Positions 10,409 through 21,010 of a DNA stretch of 32,000 nucleotides are shown here, in pieces. The notes under the pieces are model-generated. The model was given only the letters and a program-made list of their open reading frames with translations, was not told the origin of the DNA and ran no database searches. Source of the DNA: Prochlorococcus sp. MIT 0801 (GTDB lineage Bacteria; Cyanobacteriota; Cyanobacteriia; PCC-6307; Cyanobiaceae); the NCBI RefSeq assembly GCF_000757865.1, contig NZ_CP007754.1:780001-812000 (forward strand), given 5' to 3'. Position 1 is the first letter of the stretch. Every line of letters begins with the position of its first letter. A program made the translations under genes and the position numbers.

Positions 10409-10453
10409 GATTTGATTTAATTGGGGAAGTGAAAATTACTATTGTTATCTGAG

Positions 10454-11536
10454 TTATTCACTTGTTAGAACCAGAACATCTCGGTGGATAACTAGAGGAG
10501 ATCCTGTTGTTTCGGATCTTGAATTAATTCCTATCTTTATAGCATCACTGCTCATTGAGCAAATTCCTTTAGCAATTTCCTCTCCTTCCGTGTTAATAAC
10601 TTTTACAGGTTGATTCGCAATAAAATTCCCGCTAACTTTTTTCACCCCAACTAATAATAGTGAAGCACCTTTGTTTTTGATAGCTTCACTAGCACCATCA
10701 TCTAAGTGTATTTCTCCGACTGGTTTAATTGCATGTGCCAACCAACTTTTTCTATTCCCGATAGGGTTTGGATTGGGGTGAAAAACAGTTCCTATTTTTT
10801 TTCCATCAAGTAATTCGCCTAATATTTTCGGATCTCTGCCATCTGCTAATTGAACTTTTATCCCGCTTTCAGTGGCGATCTTTGCAGCAGTTAATTTTGT
10901 TTTTATTCCTCCAGTCCCCCATGAAGTTTGTTCATTTGCTAGTTCTAAATTATTTAATTCTTTTGAATTGTTAATATCTTTGATTGGCTTAGCTTTACTA
11001 TTGATTTTGGGATCAGAAGAGTAGAGATGATCGATATCAGTTAATAATATTAATTGATCAGCAGATATAGCTGTTGCAACTAATGCAGATAGAGTATCAT
11101 TATCACCATACTTTAGCTCTTCATCTGAGGTTATATCATTTTCGTTTACGATTGGTATAACATCCCATTCGAGCAATCTTTTTAATGTTTGCGAAGCAGA
11201 GTTATAACTATTTCTTGATCCTAATTCTGACCTAGTTAATAATATTTGCGCAACTTTATATCTAAAACTGCTCATAGCCTTTTCATACAAAGCCATTAAA
11301 TGAAGTTGACCTATTGCAGCAGAAGCTTGAAGAGAGATTATTTCTTTAGGTCTTGTCTTGAATCTCATTTGATGACATCCAAGTCCTACAGCACCACTAG
11401 AAACCAATATAATTTTATCGCCATTCCTTTGAGCTTTTGATATGTAAGAACAATAATCATTAATTACATCAAAAGTTGTATATTTATCGTTTCCTCTCAA
11501 AAGGCTTGTGCCAATCTTGATTACCCAGGTTGTCAT
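10454..11536 (-). CDS. proB: Glutamate 5-kinase (with C-terminal PUA domain)
   Basis: VIKIGTSLL start, [26 protein letters not shown] motifs, and a C-terminal PUA-like domain (GASLLLVGV...). Confidence 0.93.
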   Translation of the reverse strand: MTTWVIKIGTSLLRGNDKYTTFDVINDYCSYISKAQRNGDKIILVSSGAVGLGCHQMRFKTRPKEIISLQASAAIGQLHLMALYEKAMSSFRYKVAQILLTRSELGSRNSYNSASQTLKRLLEWDVIPIVNENDITSDEELKYGDNDTLSALVATAISADQLILLTDIDHLYSSDPKINSKAKPIKDINNSKELNNLELANEQTSWGTGGIKTKLTAAKIATESGIKVQLADGRDPKILGELLDGKKIGTVFHPNPNPIGNRKSWLAHAIKPVGEIHLDDGASEAIKNKGASLLLVGVKKVSGNFIANQPVKVINTEGEEIAKGICSMSSDAIKIGINSRSETTGSPLVIHRDVLVLTSE

Positions 11537-12045
11537 AAAATGTCTCCAGTTATAATATTTGCTATGTATCTTTCTATAGATTGAAACTTATTCTTTTCAA
11601 TTTTGTTTCCATAATCATCTACTGAATCTACCAATATTGTATACATTCCTAATCTATTGCCTACAAGAATATCTGTAAAAACTCTATCTCCAATCATTGC
11701 TACCTCATTTGATAAATAAGGAATTTTATCTAGGATCTTCTTTAATTTTCTTTTACTTGGTTTGCCGCCAGAGTATGTAAATTCTAAATCTAATTCATCA
11801 GCAATTAATTTTATTCTATTTCTAGATGGATTGTTACTGAACAGGTAAGTATAAAAGTATTTTTTTGAAGTATTAATCCAATTTCTTATATTACTAGATA
11901 GTACTGGTTTGTTCCCAGAAATTAATGTTCCATCTACATCAAGTATTAGTGCTTTGACGTTTTTGGAAGATAAATCATTTATAGAGATCTTTGAAATTTT
12001 ATCGTTTACCTTCCAATTTGGAATAAGTAATTCTTTAATGTTTAT
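11533..12045 (-). CDS. HAD-IIIA (YqeG-type) phosphatase; start codon non-canonical (ATA at 12043-12045 proposed; ATC/ATT at 12049-12054 are alternatives)
   Basis: Not in the ORF track. The minus-strand frame is open from 12063 to the TGA stop at 11533-11535. It translates to [10 protein letters not shown]...[11 protein letters not shown]...LFSNN...GGKPS...IGDRVFTDI...GDIL*, carrying all four HAD motifs. The stop overlaps the proB ATG (ATGA). Confidence 0.7.
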   Translation of the reverse strand: MNIKELLIPNWKVNDKISKISINDLSSKNVKALILDVDGTLISGNKPVLSSNIRNWINTSKKYFYTYLFSNNPSRNRIKLIADELDLEFTYSGGKPSKRKLKKILDKIPYLSNEVAMIGDRVFTDILVGNRLGMYTILVDSVDDYGNKIEKNKFQSIERYIANIITGDIL

Positions 12046-12578
12046 TCTGATAATCCCCTTTCCTCAAGTTCAGCTTCAATTCCTGATTGTATCTTGTCAA
12101 ACTCTTCACCTTCAACAAGCTTTACTTCTCCATCTTCTAGCTTTCCGACTATGAAGAAAGGGTCAAGAGGAATGTATAGACCATACTCATTACTTTCAAC
12201 TCTAAAATTGACAAGTAGCTCGTAGGTTTCTGACTCGTCATCAATGTCTTCTTCCTCAATTTCTTCTGGTTCAGGCTCATCTAATTCGCCTGAGACTGTA
12301 AGTGTGATGGCTGAGCGAACAAGTCTAAGATCATGTTCTTGAAGAACAACATCAGCTACTTCAAGTATTGGCTCATTCTTTTCAATTGTTTCTATTAGCT
12401 TGGGATCTTGATCGTCAATCAATTGAAATAGAGATACAGGAGTATCTACTGGAGTTAACAGGGCATATTCATTTCCTTCAAGAGGTACTACTTGTTCAAG
12501 AAAACACAGGAGATCTGAACCTTGAGAATCTTTAACTAAAAGAGTCGGTACTTCGTCGTTTTTATTTGTTGTTGACAT
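12042..12578 (-). CDS. Acidic conserved protein of the DUF1292/DUF3727 type (commonly encoded next to ruvX)
   Basis: 178 aa and very acidic (EPEPEEIEEEDIDDESE). Contains the ...YALLTPVD... and LVNF...YGLYIPLDPF blocks typical of this family, and lies directly downstream of ruvX. Confidence 0.6.
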   Translation of the reverse strand: MSTTNKNDEVPTLLVKDSQGSDLLCFLEQVVPLEGNEYALLTPVDTPVSLFQLIDDQDPKLIETIEKNEPILEVADVVLQEHDLRLVRSAITLTVSGELDEPEPEEIEEEDIDDESETYELLVNFRVESNEYGLYIPLDPFFIVGKLEDGEVKLVEGEEFDKIQSGIEAELEERGLSE

Positions 12579-12642
12579 AGTTGAGTTCTTATTAATCTGT
12601 GTCTAGTTTTATTTGATTATGTTTTTACATCATATTCAAAAT

Positions 12643-14111
<1,469 letters not shown>

Positions 14112-14149
14112 TTAATTATTTTATTATATTTTTAACTTTCATGTGACTA

Positions 14150-15301
14150 TTATCTTGCTTCATCTGATCTGATAAATACTAATGGTGTTTGTTGGTTAGC
14201 ATTACCTGCTGGATTTGATGTTAAAGCTCTTTTAATTATTTCAGCATTATTTACATTACTTGTTGATAGAATTTTAACTCTTCCTAAATCATTTACATCT
14301 ACAACAGCCACATTAACATTTAGTCTTTTTGCGGCTTTAATACAAAAATTTTTAGTATTTTTAGGTCCTAAAACTATACTTTTGTCATAGGGCGGCGTTG
14401 TACCAGTAATGTCATCAATCAGTCTTGCTTGTTCACCTGCTAAACGATAAAACACACCTTTAACACCAAATAATTTTAATATTCCTCCAATTAACCATGA
14501 AATTATTACACGTGTTGGACCAGAAATATTTATTAGGGTTTGCATTCCTGAAGCTGTAGCTAAACTACTAGTAGGGTGAAATCCTTTGCAAATTAACTTT
14601 GAAATTAGATTTGATTTTACGTTCCTATAATCTATGTATCTTCCTTGCATTACTGCTAGAGGTGACTCTCCAATTGTAAGAATATCTGTAGGCATGTAAT
14701 CTAGTGGCATGTAGGATTTTAATACTCCAATAGGATCATCTAAACTACCAAGAATATGAGTTTTTATTGGATCTACTAAATTAGTACTAGAAGAATTTCC
14801 TTTGGATATATCTAAAGAATTAGGTAATACAAAACTATCGAACCTTTTGAAAGAACCAAAAGGTCCGTAATTTCCCCATTCTATATCTAGCCACAAACAT
14901 TTAATCTTATGTATCGCTGTACTTTTAATCTCATATTCAATTGTAATTTCGACAAATGTTGATTTTCTCCCCTTTAAAATATATGCAGTCCAATAGTCAA
15001 TATTTTGTTCATCTTCTTCTGCATCTGGATGAAGTGGTTTGATTTGTGTTTGAATCCTTATTATTTCGTTTTTATCTATACCTATTATCTGAGGTTTAAC
15101 ATTAAAAGAAGGAATCATAACTTCCATTCTTTTATGTAAATTTTTAATTTCAACCCGAGTAATATATTTGTGCTTAGCATCGAGTATGATTTTTTTAAAT
15201 TCTTTGGGTTTCAGAACTAGTGGCGAATCTTGTCTGAAATAATGATTAATTTCAATAAAAATAAATATGATTATTATGATAAAAAGTGAGTTTAATAACA
15301 T
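14150..15301 (-). CDS. Membrane-anchored protein with a C-terminal domain tentatively resembling the CofE/F420-0:gamma-glutamyl ligase fold
   Basis: N-terminal TM helix (LLNSLFIIIIIFIFI). The C-terminal about 180 aa (ILTIGESPLAVMQGRY...IDDITGTTPPYD...AVVDVNDLGRV) loosely matches CofE-family blocks. Recognised by eye only. Confidence 0.45.
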   Translation of the reverse strand: MLLNSLFIIIIIFIFIEINHYFRQDSPLVLKPKEFKKIILDAKHKYITRVEIKNLHKRMEVMIPSFNVKPQIIGIDKNEIIRIQTQIKPLHPDAEEDEQNIDYWTAYILKGRKSTFVEITIEYEIKSTAIHKIKCLWLDIEWGNYGPFGSFKRFDSFVLPNSLDISKGNSSSTNLVDPIKTHILGSLDDPIGVLKSYMPLDYMPTDILTIGESPLAVMQGRYIDYRNVKSNLISKLICKGFHPTSSLATASGMQTLINISGPTRVIISWLIGGILKLFGVKGVFYRLAGEQARLIDDITGTTPPYDKSIVLGPKNTKNFCIKAAKRLNVNVAVVDVNDLGRVKILSTSNVNNAEIIKRALTSNPAGNANQQTPLVFIRSDEAR

Positions 15302-15358
15302 TTTTAGTTAGAATATTTGATAATTTAATAAAAAATCTTTAGTACCTTTATTACATTT

Positions 15359-15910
15359 TCAGCTGCCTCTAGGTTTATTATAACCATCTTTAGATGGCTC
15401 ACTATTGTATTCGTTAAAGCTTTTTACTGTGAGATCAAAATCAGGTTTCTTTAGACCTGTCCCTTTGGTTATTGCATCATTAATACTATCGAAAGATACT
15501 TGACCTTCTTGGTCTAGTAGAACATTACCTTTTCCGTCAAGAATCACTGTCTGAGGTATCTTCCCATGCCAGTAATAGGCGGGGTCGGTAATAAATTTTT
15601 TGTCATCATTGTCTAATTCATCAATTGATAGAGGAATTACATCAACAGATGAGCTCCACAATAACTTAATACCTGAAACTACAGGGGCAAATTGTTTACT
15701 AGCAGAACTATCATCTAGATAGAAAACTAAAACACTTGTTCTTTCGTTTTTTAATGATTCTGATAATGTGCTTTGTGGTGGAACTAATGATCCGTTGCCA
15801 GCATAGATTGGGTATATATTTCCATCATAACTATCAGTATCCCTAGCAGAATATACTGGATTGACAAATAGAAAAAAAAGTATAAGCAGTGAATAGAATA
15901 TTCTTAACAA
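15359..15910 (-). CDS. Secreted/lumenal thioredoxin-fold-like protein lacking a CxxC motif
   Basis: Signal-like N-terminus (LLILFFLFVNPVYSA). The body (TSVLVFYLDDSSASKQFAPVV...) looks like a thioredoxin-like fold without cysteines. The track start is TTG, so the start is uncertain. Confidence 0.45.
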   Translation of the reverse strand: MLRIFYSLLILFFLFVNPVYSARDTDSYDGNIYPIYAGNGSLVPPQSTLSESLKNERTSVLVFYLDDSSASKQFAPVVSGIKLLWSSSVDVIPLSIDELDNDDKKFITDPAYYWHGKIPQTVILDGKGNVLLDQEGQVSFDSINDAITKGTGLKKPDFDLTVKSFNEYNSEPSKDGYNKPRGS

Positions 15911-15983
15911 AATAAATGTAAAATACTATTTTTTAAATTCTAAAGTCTTAAAGCTAATATAGCTATATTTATTAATAAATAAA

Positions 15984-17609
15984 TTATCCTTTGGATAATT
16001 TTCTTCCCATACCTTGAGCGATACCTCTACCTATTAATCCAATAGATCTTCCCACAACTTTTGTGAGGATTAGAACTATTAAATCGCCCAAGTACTGAAT
16101 TATTGCCTGTACTTGTGGAGCCAAGGCATCTCTTAATTCTATTATGAATGCTATTTGCCTTTGGGCCCAGTCAAGTTTCTTTAATTCATCATCTCTAGGT
16201 TCAAGGGTGATAATTTTCTCAATCTTATTATTTTTGACTGTATAATATAATCTTTTGCTTTCATATAATCTAACTGGCTTTTTGAATAGATTTTGAAGTT
16301 GATTATTTGTATTGATATGATTTCGTTTACGTTCAAGTTCCCTTGTTGAAACTAATTCTTTATTTAGAAAGTATTTACGTAATTCTGGCCATTCAGAACA
16401 TGAAGATATAATCTCCTCACTAACTATTTCAGCAGTCCTGAATATCCAATTTAGAATAAATGTTTCTAATTGAATAATAGATCGAGGGTCTTCTATTGAT
16501 AAATAGTCTCCATCGAGGAGAATCGGCTTATTATTTAATATTGGATCTATTATTAAAGCTATTGAAGGTAGTTCATCATCAAGTATTCCAAGATCTGAAT
16601 TATGTACTAGAAAGTCTGAAATAAAGACTTCTACACCATTCTTTTTTAGACGATCATATGAATCTATGAAATTTCGCAATGTATTAGCTCGTAATTCAGG
16701 AGTAATTGATTGTAAAATCTCTTCTAATCCTTTTTTGCGATTATTTTTAGAATCAAGTTTGATAATAATAGTTGAAAATTCTTTCAGAAGAGTTTTTAAG
16801 AGATTACATCGTTTGCTTTTATTTAATGAATAAAGAGCTACCAGCTCGTCCGTAGAATTTGTCAGGTCATCTTGAAGTCTCTCCTTTACCCGTTTATAAA
16901 TGACATTCCATAATTCATTAGTTGAGGTATTCTTTATTGTTATGTCAGTATTATATTTGTTATTTAGATTTTTATTGCCATTATTTTTGATTGGAGACTC
17001 TATTAATACCTCTAGCGGCCCCCATAACCAGATGATTAATCTCTTCGCTGTTAATAGTTCTCTTCTTCTACCAATTAAAATGAAAAGATAGAATGTATTT
17101 ATTGATTTCTTAGCTATAATTTCATCTATCGTGTATATATCTTTATTTATTTGTGATAAACCACTTGTTAATAACCAATGTCCTAGTCCATATGAATTAT
17201 GAATTGAGTTAGCTTTGTAATTTGTTTCATTATTAACTTTAAATACTCTGCCTCCCCTAAGCAAAATATTGATTGTATCTCTTAAAAGTTCAACAGTAGG
17301 ATCTTGAATAACTCCTTCACTACCAAAAGTCATTAAATCATCAGAAGATAATTTAATGCTTTTTGGTATTACAATTAGGATTGGAGTTTGATCCCATCTT
17401 TCTTTTAACTTATGAATTTCTAGTTTAATTGAGTTTGAGAGTTCTACTTCTTCAAGGCAAAATAGAATAAGTTTAGGCAACCCATTTAGATCTTTTTTGT
17501 CTAAAACTATTTCTAAATTATTATCTTGAGATGTCAGCTGTAATGCTAATGATTCGCCTAACAGTGAAGGCGCTATCATTAAAATTTGTTTTGCTCTTTC
17601 TTCGATCAA
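15984..17609 (-). CDS. Large conserved cyanobacterial protein: pseudo-receiver-like N-terminus plus DUF3685/Ycf55-like region
   Basis: 541-aa ORF. The N-terminal about 120 aa have a CheY-like alternating pattern (ILMIAPSLLGESL...ILFCLEE...ILIVIPK) but lack the acidic DD pocket. TTG start in the track. Confidence 0.5.
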   Translation of the reverse strand: MIEERAKQILMIAPSLLGESLALQLTSQDNNLEIVLDKKDLNGLPKLILFCLEEVELSNSIKLEIHKLKERWDQTPILIVIPKSIKLSSDDLMTFGSEGVIQDPTVELLRDTINILLRGGRVFKVNNETNYKANSIHNSYGLGHWLLTSGLSQINKDIYTIDEIIAKKSINTFYLFILIGRRRELLTAKRLIIWLWGPLEVLIESPIKNNGNKNLNNKYNTDITIKNTSTNELWNVIYKRVKERLQDDLTNSTDELVALYSLNKSKRCNLLKTLLKEFSTIIIKLDSKNNRKKGLEEILQSITPELRANTLRNFIDSYDRLKKNGVEVFISDFLVHNSDLGILDDELPSIALIIDPILNNKPILLDGDYLSIEDPRSIIQLETFILNWIFRTAEIVSEEIISSCSEWPELRKYFLNKELVSTRELERKRNHINTNNQLQNLFKKPVRLYESKRLYYTVKNNKIEKIITLEPRDDELKKLDWAQRQIAFIIELRDALAPQVQAIIQYLGDLIVLILTKVVGRSIGLIGRGIAQGMGRKLSKG

Positions 17610-17706
17610 CTTTAATTCTAGAACCTATCCTTTTTAAGATAACTTGATTTAAAAATACTTCCAGCCCTATCCCATAAATCCAAAGGATCGAACATTTTTT
17701 TAAATG

Positions 17707-18480
17707 TTAGACAAGAAATTTATCTTTATCATTGAATGAATCTTGCAGAATAAGATTTTTTAGAGTTAGTATCGCTTCATTTAAATCTATTGAGCCGTCA
17801 TATAGGGCTCTGCCTACGATTATTCCTTCAATACCCTCATCCTCGAAATCTGCTAGAGAAATTAAATCAGCTATTGAACCTATACCCCCTGAGGCAATTA
17901 CTGGATTAATACTTATTTCAGCTATCTCTCTCAAGGCTTGAACATTAGGTCCTTTTAGAGTGCCATCAGTTGCAATATCTGTTGATATGATTGCTGCTAA
18001 TTCAAGATCGTTAAGTTGTCTTGCTAGGTCTAGAGAAGATATTTCGCTTTGTTTTAACCAACCTCGAGTGGCTACCATCCCCTCTTTGGCATCAATCCCT
18101 ACTGCAACTCTTTTTGGATATTCTTTGGATAAGTCTTTAACTAATTTGGGGTTCTCTATCGCAATTGTTCCTAAAATAATTCTGTCTATACCAATGTCGA
18201 ATAATTCTTTTGCACGATCAATGCTCCTAATTCCACCTCCAAGTTGAATCGGTATTGTAATAGATTTTTTTATCTCTTTAATTTTTAGATCATTTATGGG
18301 CTCACCTGTCTTAGCACCATCAAGATCTACAAGATGTAATCGTTTTGCTCCCTTGCTTTCCCAAATCTGAGCTTGTTTTACAGGATCACTATTGAACTTA
18401 GTAACTTCATTATAATTTCCCTGATTTAGTCGAACACATTTACCATTGAGTAGATCTATTGCAGGTATGATTTCCATCAA
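17707..18480 (-). CDS. hisA: 1-(5-phosphoribosyl)-5-[(5-phosphoribosylamino)methylideneamino]imidazole-4-carboxamide isomerase
   Basis: IIPAIDLLNGKCVRL start, HLVDLDGAK, GGGIRS, and SGGIGS near the C-terminus. Confidence 0.93.
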   Translation of the reverse strand: MMEIIPAIDLLNGKCVRLNQGNYNEVTKFNSDPVKQAQIWESKGAKRLHLVDLDGAKTGEPINDLKIKEIKKSITIPIQLGGGIRSIDRAKELFDIGIDRIILGTIAIENPKLVKDLSKEYPKRVAVGIDAKEGMVATRGWLKQSEISSLDLARQLNDLELAAIISTDIATDGTLKGPNVQALREIAEISINPVIASGGIGSIADLISLADFEDEGIEGIIVGRALYDGSIDLNEAILTLKNLILQDSFNDKDKFLV

Positions 18481-18564
18481 GAAAAAAATTATTACTATTC
18501 ATCTAACATCATCTATGTAGCTCTGGGAGATTATCTATAGGCTTTAATATAATTTTTTTAATAA

Positions 18565-19488
18565 ATGATCTTGAAAGTTCTTTTTTACGGCGGAACAAGG
18601 TTTGTAGGGAAAGCTCTTGTCTCGAACTTGCTAAAAAAAGGACATGAGGTTTTTGTTTTTACTCGTGGGAATTTACCAGTACCACAAAATATAACTCACT
18701 TAAAGGGAGACAGGTCAAATGATGAGGATCTAAAAAAACTATCTGATCATTCATTTGATCTGATTGTTGATAGCTCTGGACGAAAGTTGGAGGATACTCA
18801 AAGACTTCTTAAATTTTCAGGTCTTCCTAGTTACAGATTTATATACATAAGTTCTGCAGGCGTATATGACAACACTCAATTATTTCCTGTTTGTGAAGAT
18901 AGTCCAATAGATTTTGAAAGCCGTCATATAGGCAAAGCACAAACAGAATCTTGGCTCAAGGCTGAAAGTATTCCTTTTACTAGTTTTCGTCCGACATATA
19001 TATATGGCCCAGGCAATTACAACCCTATTGAAAAATGGTTTTTTGATCGCATAGTTAATGGTCGATCTATTCCTGTTCCTCTTGATGGTCAAGCGATCAC
19101 TCAATTAGGACACGTTTCTGATTTGGCCGAGGCTATTGCCAAATCTCTTGAAACAGATAAAGCTATTAATCAAATTTATAACTGTTCAGGAAGCAAAGCA
19201 GTAACTTTTAAAGGTTTAATTGAAACGGCAATTTTAGCTACTGGAAATAAAGTCACTGATTTTAATTTGCGTTCTTTCGATCCATCAAAACTTGATCCTA
19301 AAGCAAGAAAACTTTTCCCTTTAAGGTTAACTAATTTCTTTACTGACACTTCAAAAATAGAAAAAGATTTAGCTTGGAAGCCCAAATTCGATTTGTTAAA
19401 TGGTTTAATTGATAGCTATAAGAATGATTATCTATTAGCTAATCATGAACAAGTTGATTTTAGTTCTGATGAGTTTCTTTTTGATTGA
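18565..19488 (+). CDS. NAD-dependent epimerase/dehydratase-family protein (CSP41-like atypical SDR)
   Basis: N-terminal GGTRFVGK Rossmann motif; 307 aa; RPTYIYGPGNY block typical of the CSP41/epimerase family. Confidence 0.75.
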   Translation: MILKVLFYGGTRFVGKALVSNLLKKGHEVFVFTRGNLPVPQNITHLKGDRSNDEDLKKLSDHSFDLIVDSSGRKLEDTQRLLKFSGLPSYRFIYISSAGVYDNTQLFPVCEDSPIDFESRHIGKAQTESWLKAESIPFTSFRPTYIYGPGNYNPIEKWFFDRIVNGRSIPVPLDGQAITQLGHVSDLAEAIAKSLETDKAINQIYNCSGSKAVTFKGLIETAILATGNKVTDFNLRSFDPSKLDPKARKLFPLRLTNFFTDTSKIEKDLAWKPKFDLLNGLIDSYKNDYLLANHEQVDFSSDEFLFD

Positions 19489-20032
19489 ATATATATTTCA
19501 TAGCAGAAGTTAAAGTCAGAAAAAATGCTATCCAGAATGAGATATAGCCTATTTTATTAATAATATTAATGGTATAAATCGTAGCCCAACTTTTGGGCCA
19601 TAATAATAGAATGATACTTGCAAACTGAAATGTAGTTTTATATTTACCCTGAATCGAGGCTGGACCACCTGATGTCTTATCAGATCGCCAACTAGTTATT
19701 AAAAATTCTCTCGATATTATTAACCAGATAGACCATAAGGGAACTAGATTCTCATGGGCCAACCAAATCATTGGACCAATAAGAAGGATCTTGTCTGCCA
19801 GAGGATCAAGCTTCGCTCCAAAAGCAGATTTATGATCATATTTACGTGCAAAGTAACCGTCTAGATAATCAGTAAGACCAGCTATCAGGATTAACAAAAT
19901 AAAAGCTTCATTGTTACCAGTACTTAGTAAAATAAGTATTGGCAAACCAAGCAATATTCTTGAAATTGTGAGTCCATTTATAATCCTCGCCCAAGTAATA
20001 AATCTTTTTTCTTTGAAAATCTTTTTGTTCAT
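19460..20032 (-). CDS. pgsA: CDP-diacylglycerol--glycerol-3-phosphate 3-phosphatidyltransferase
   Basis: CDP-alcohol phosphotransferase motif DYLDGYFARK...GAKLDPLADK; polytopic; 190 aa. Confidence 0.88.
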   Translation of the reverse strand: MNKKIFKEKRFITWARIINGLTISRILLGLPILILLSTGNNEAFILLILIAGLTDYLDGYFARKYDHKSAFGAKLDPLADKILLIGPMIWLAHENLVPLWSIWLIISREFLITSWRSDKTSGGPASIQGKYKTTFQFASIILLLWPKSWATIYTINIINKIGYISFWIAFFLTLTSAMKYIFNQKETHQN

Positions 20033-20079
20033 TTTATCTTAAATCTAATATAGTAAAATTGTTTAAAAATTCTAAAGCA

Positions 20080-20109
20080 TTGCCTATAAAGAACCTATTA
20101 TATTATAAT
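20080..20109 (+). promoter_or_regulatory. Near-consensus sigma70-type promoter (TTGCCT-N18-TATAAT)
   Basis: -35 TTGCCT at 20080-20085 and a perfect -10 TATAAT at 20104-20109. The -10 ends 21 nt before the ATG at 20131. Confidence 0.35.
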
Positions 20110-20130
20110 GAGAATTAACAGGTTAAAATC

Positions 20131-20211
20131 ATGACTACTTTTCTTATTTTTATGTTTTTCTTATCATTAGGTGCAATGACATTTATTGTAAGGAAATTAG
20201 ATCAAGAATAA
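20131..20211 (+). CDS. 26-aa single-TM micropeptide MTTFLIFMFFLSLGAMTFIVRKLDQE
   Basis: ATG...TAA ORF below the track cutoff. It has a hydrophobic helix followed by a charged tail and is preceded by the promoter-like element above. No family recognised. Confidence 0.35.
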   Translation: MTTFLIFMFFLSLGAMTFIVRKLDQE

Positions 20212-21010
20212 TTTAAAAGTTTTAATTACTAATAACATTAATTCACGGTACATTATTTTTTGGTTTTTCCCAAAGGATTAGATATTTATAATTGATTAAT
20301 TGAGTTATGTAGAGATCATAATTCCGTATAATTTTTGAAGAACGTTGATGGTGATCTTTCAAAAGTCTCATTCAAATGTCCTTTAAAGGATTATTCGAAA
20401 ATATTTAAAAATTATCGATATTACCTTTATGCGTTTATATATTATCAACCAAGTCCCATCCATATATATGTGAATCCAGTGAAAATGAAAATGGACATTT
20501 TTTTGTATTTTCTTTGTGAAACTATATCTCTCAAATCAATAGATGTCTTGATTGGGGTATTCCTATTCTTAATATGATATCAATCAGCAAATCGAAATAT
20601 AATCCTGATAGCGTTTATTTTTATATTTATGTTATGATAGCTTTCCCCAAGATAAAAAATCTTATACTTCTTTATCCTTTCCTAAAAAATATAGTTATTT
20701 CTTAATTACATATGATGTAGATTTTGTCTTTACTAGTAATAAATTTTTATTTCTACTTTTCCTCAAATTCTTTTAAATTAATAATTTCCTACTGATTACT
20801 ATAAGCTTTCTAATCTATCTGATATTGGTATTTTTATTGTACTAATTGATTATTTTTTTTATATCCCATTGTTCTATTCGAATATTATATCAAAGAATAT
20901 TATTTTATTAATAAATATTATATATATGCTTTGGCTAGATGTTTATTTTTGCTCATATTTATGGATTTATAATTCCTTTTTATTAGAGTAATTAATAGAA
21001 AATATAATTT

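Noticed and set aside
11909-12154. 81-aa plus-strand ORF spanning the junction between the HAD gene and the acidic-protein gene
   Set aside because: It overlaps two minus-strand genes that have clear family signatures, and its sequence is low-complexity Phe/Leu/Ile.
17732-18247. 69-aa and 95-aa plus-strand ORFs inside hisA
   Set aside because: Both are antisense to hisA and have no recognisable motifs. They are probably open by chance on the opposite strand.
20335-20577. 80-aa plus-strand ORF in the AT-rich gap
   Set aside because: It has a TTG start, a Tyr/Ile/Phe/Lys-rich composition driven by AT content, and no motif. It could at most be a decayed remnant, so I do not call it a gene.
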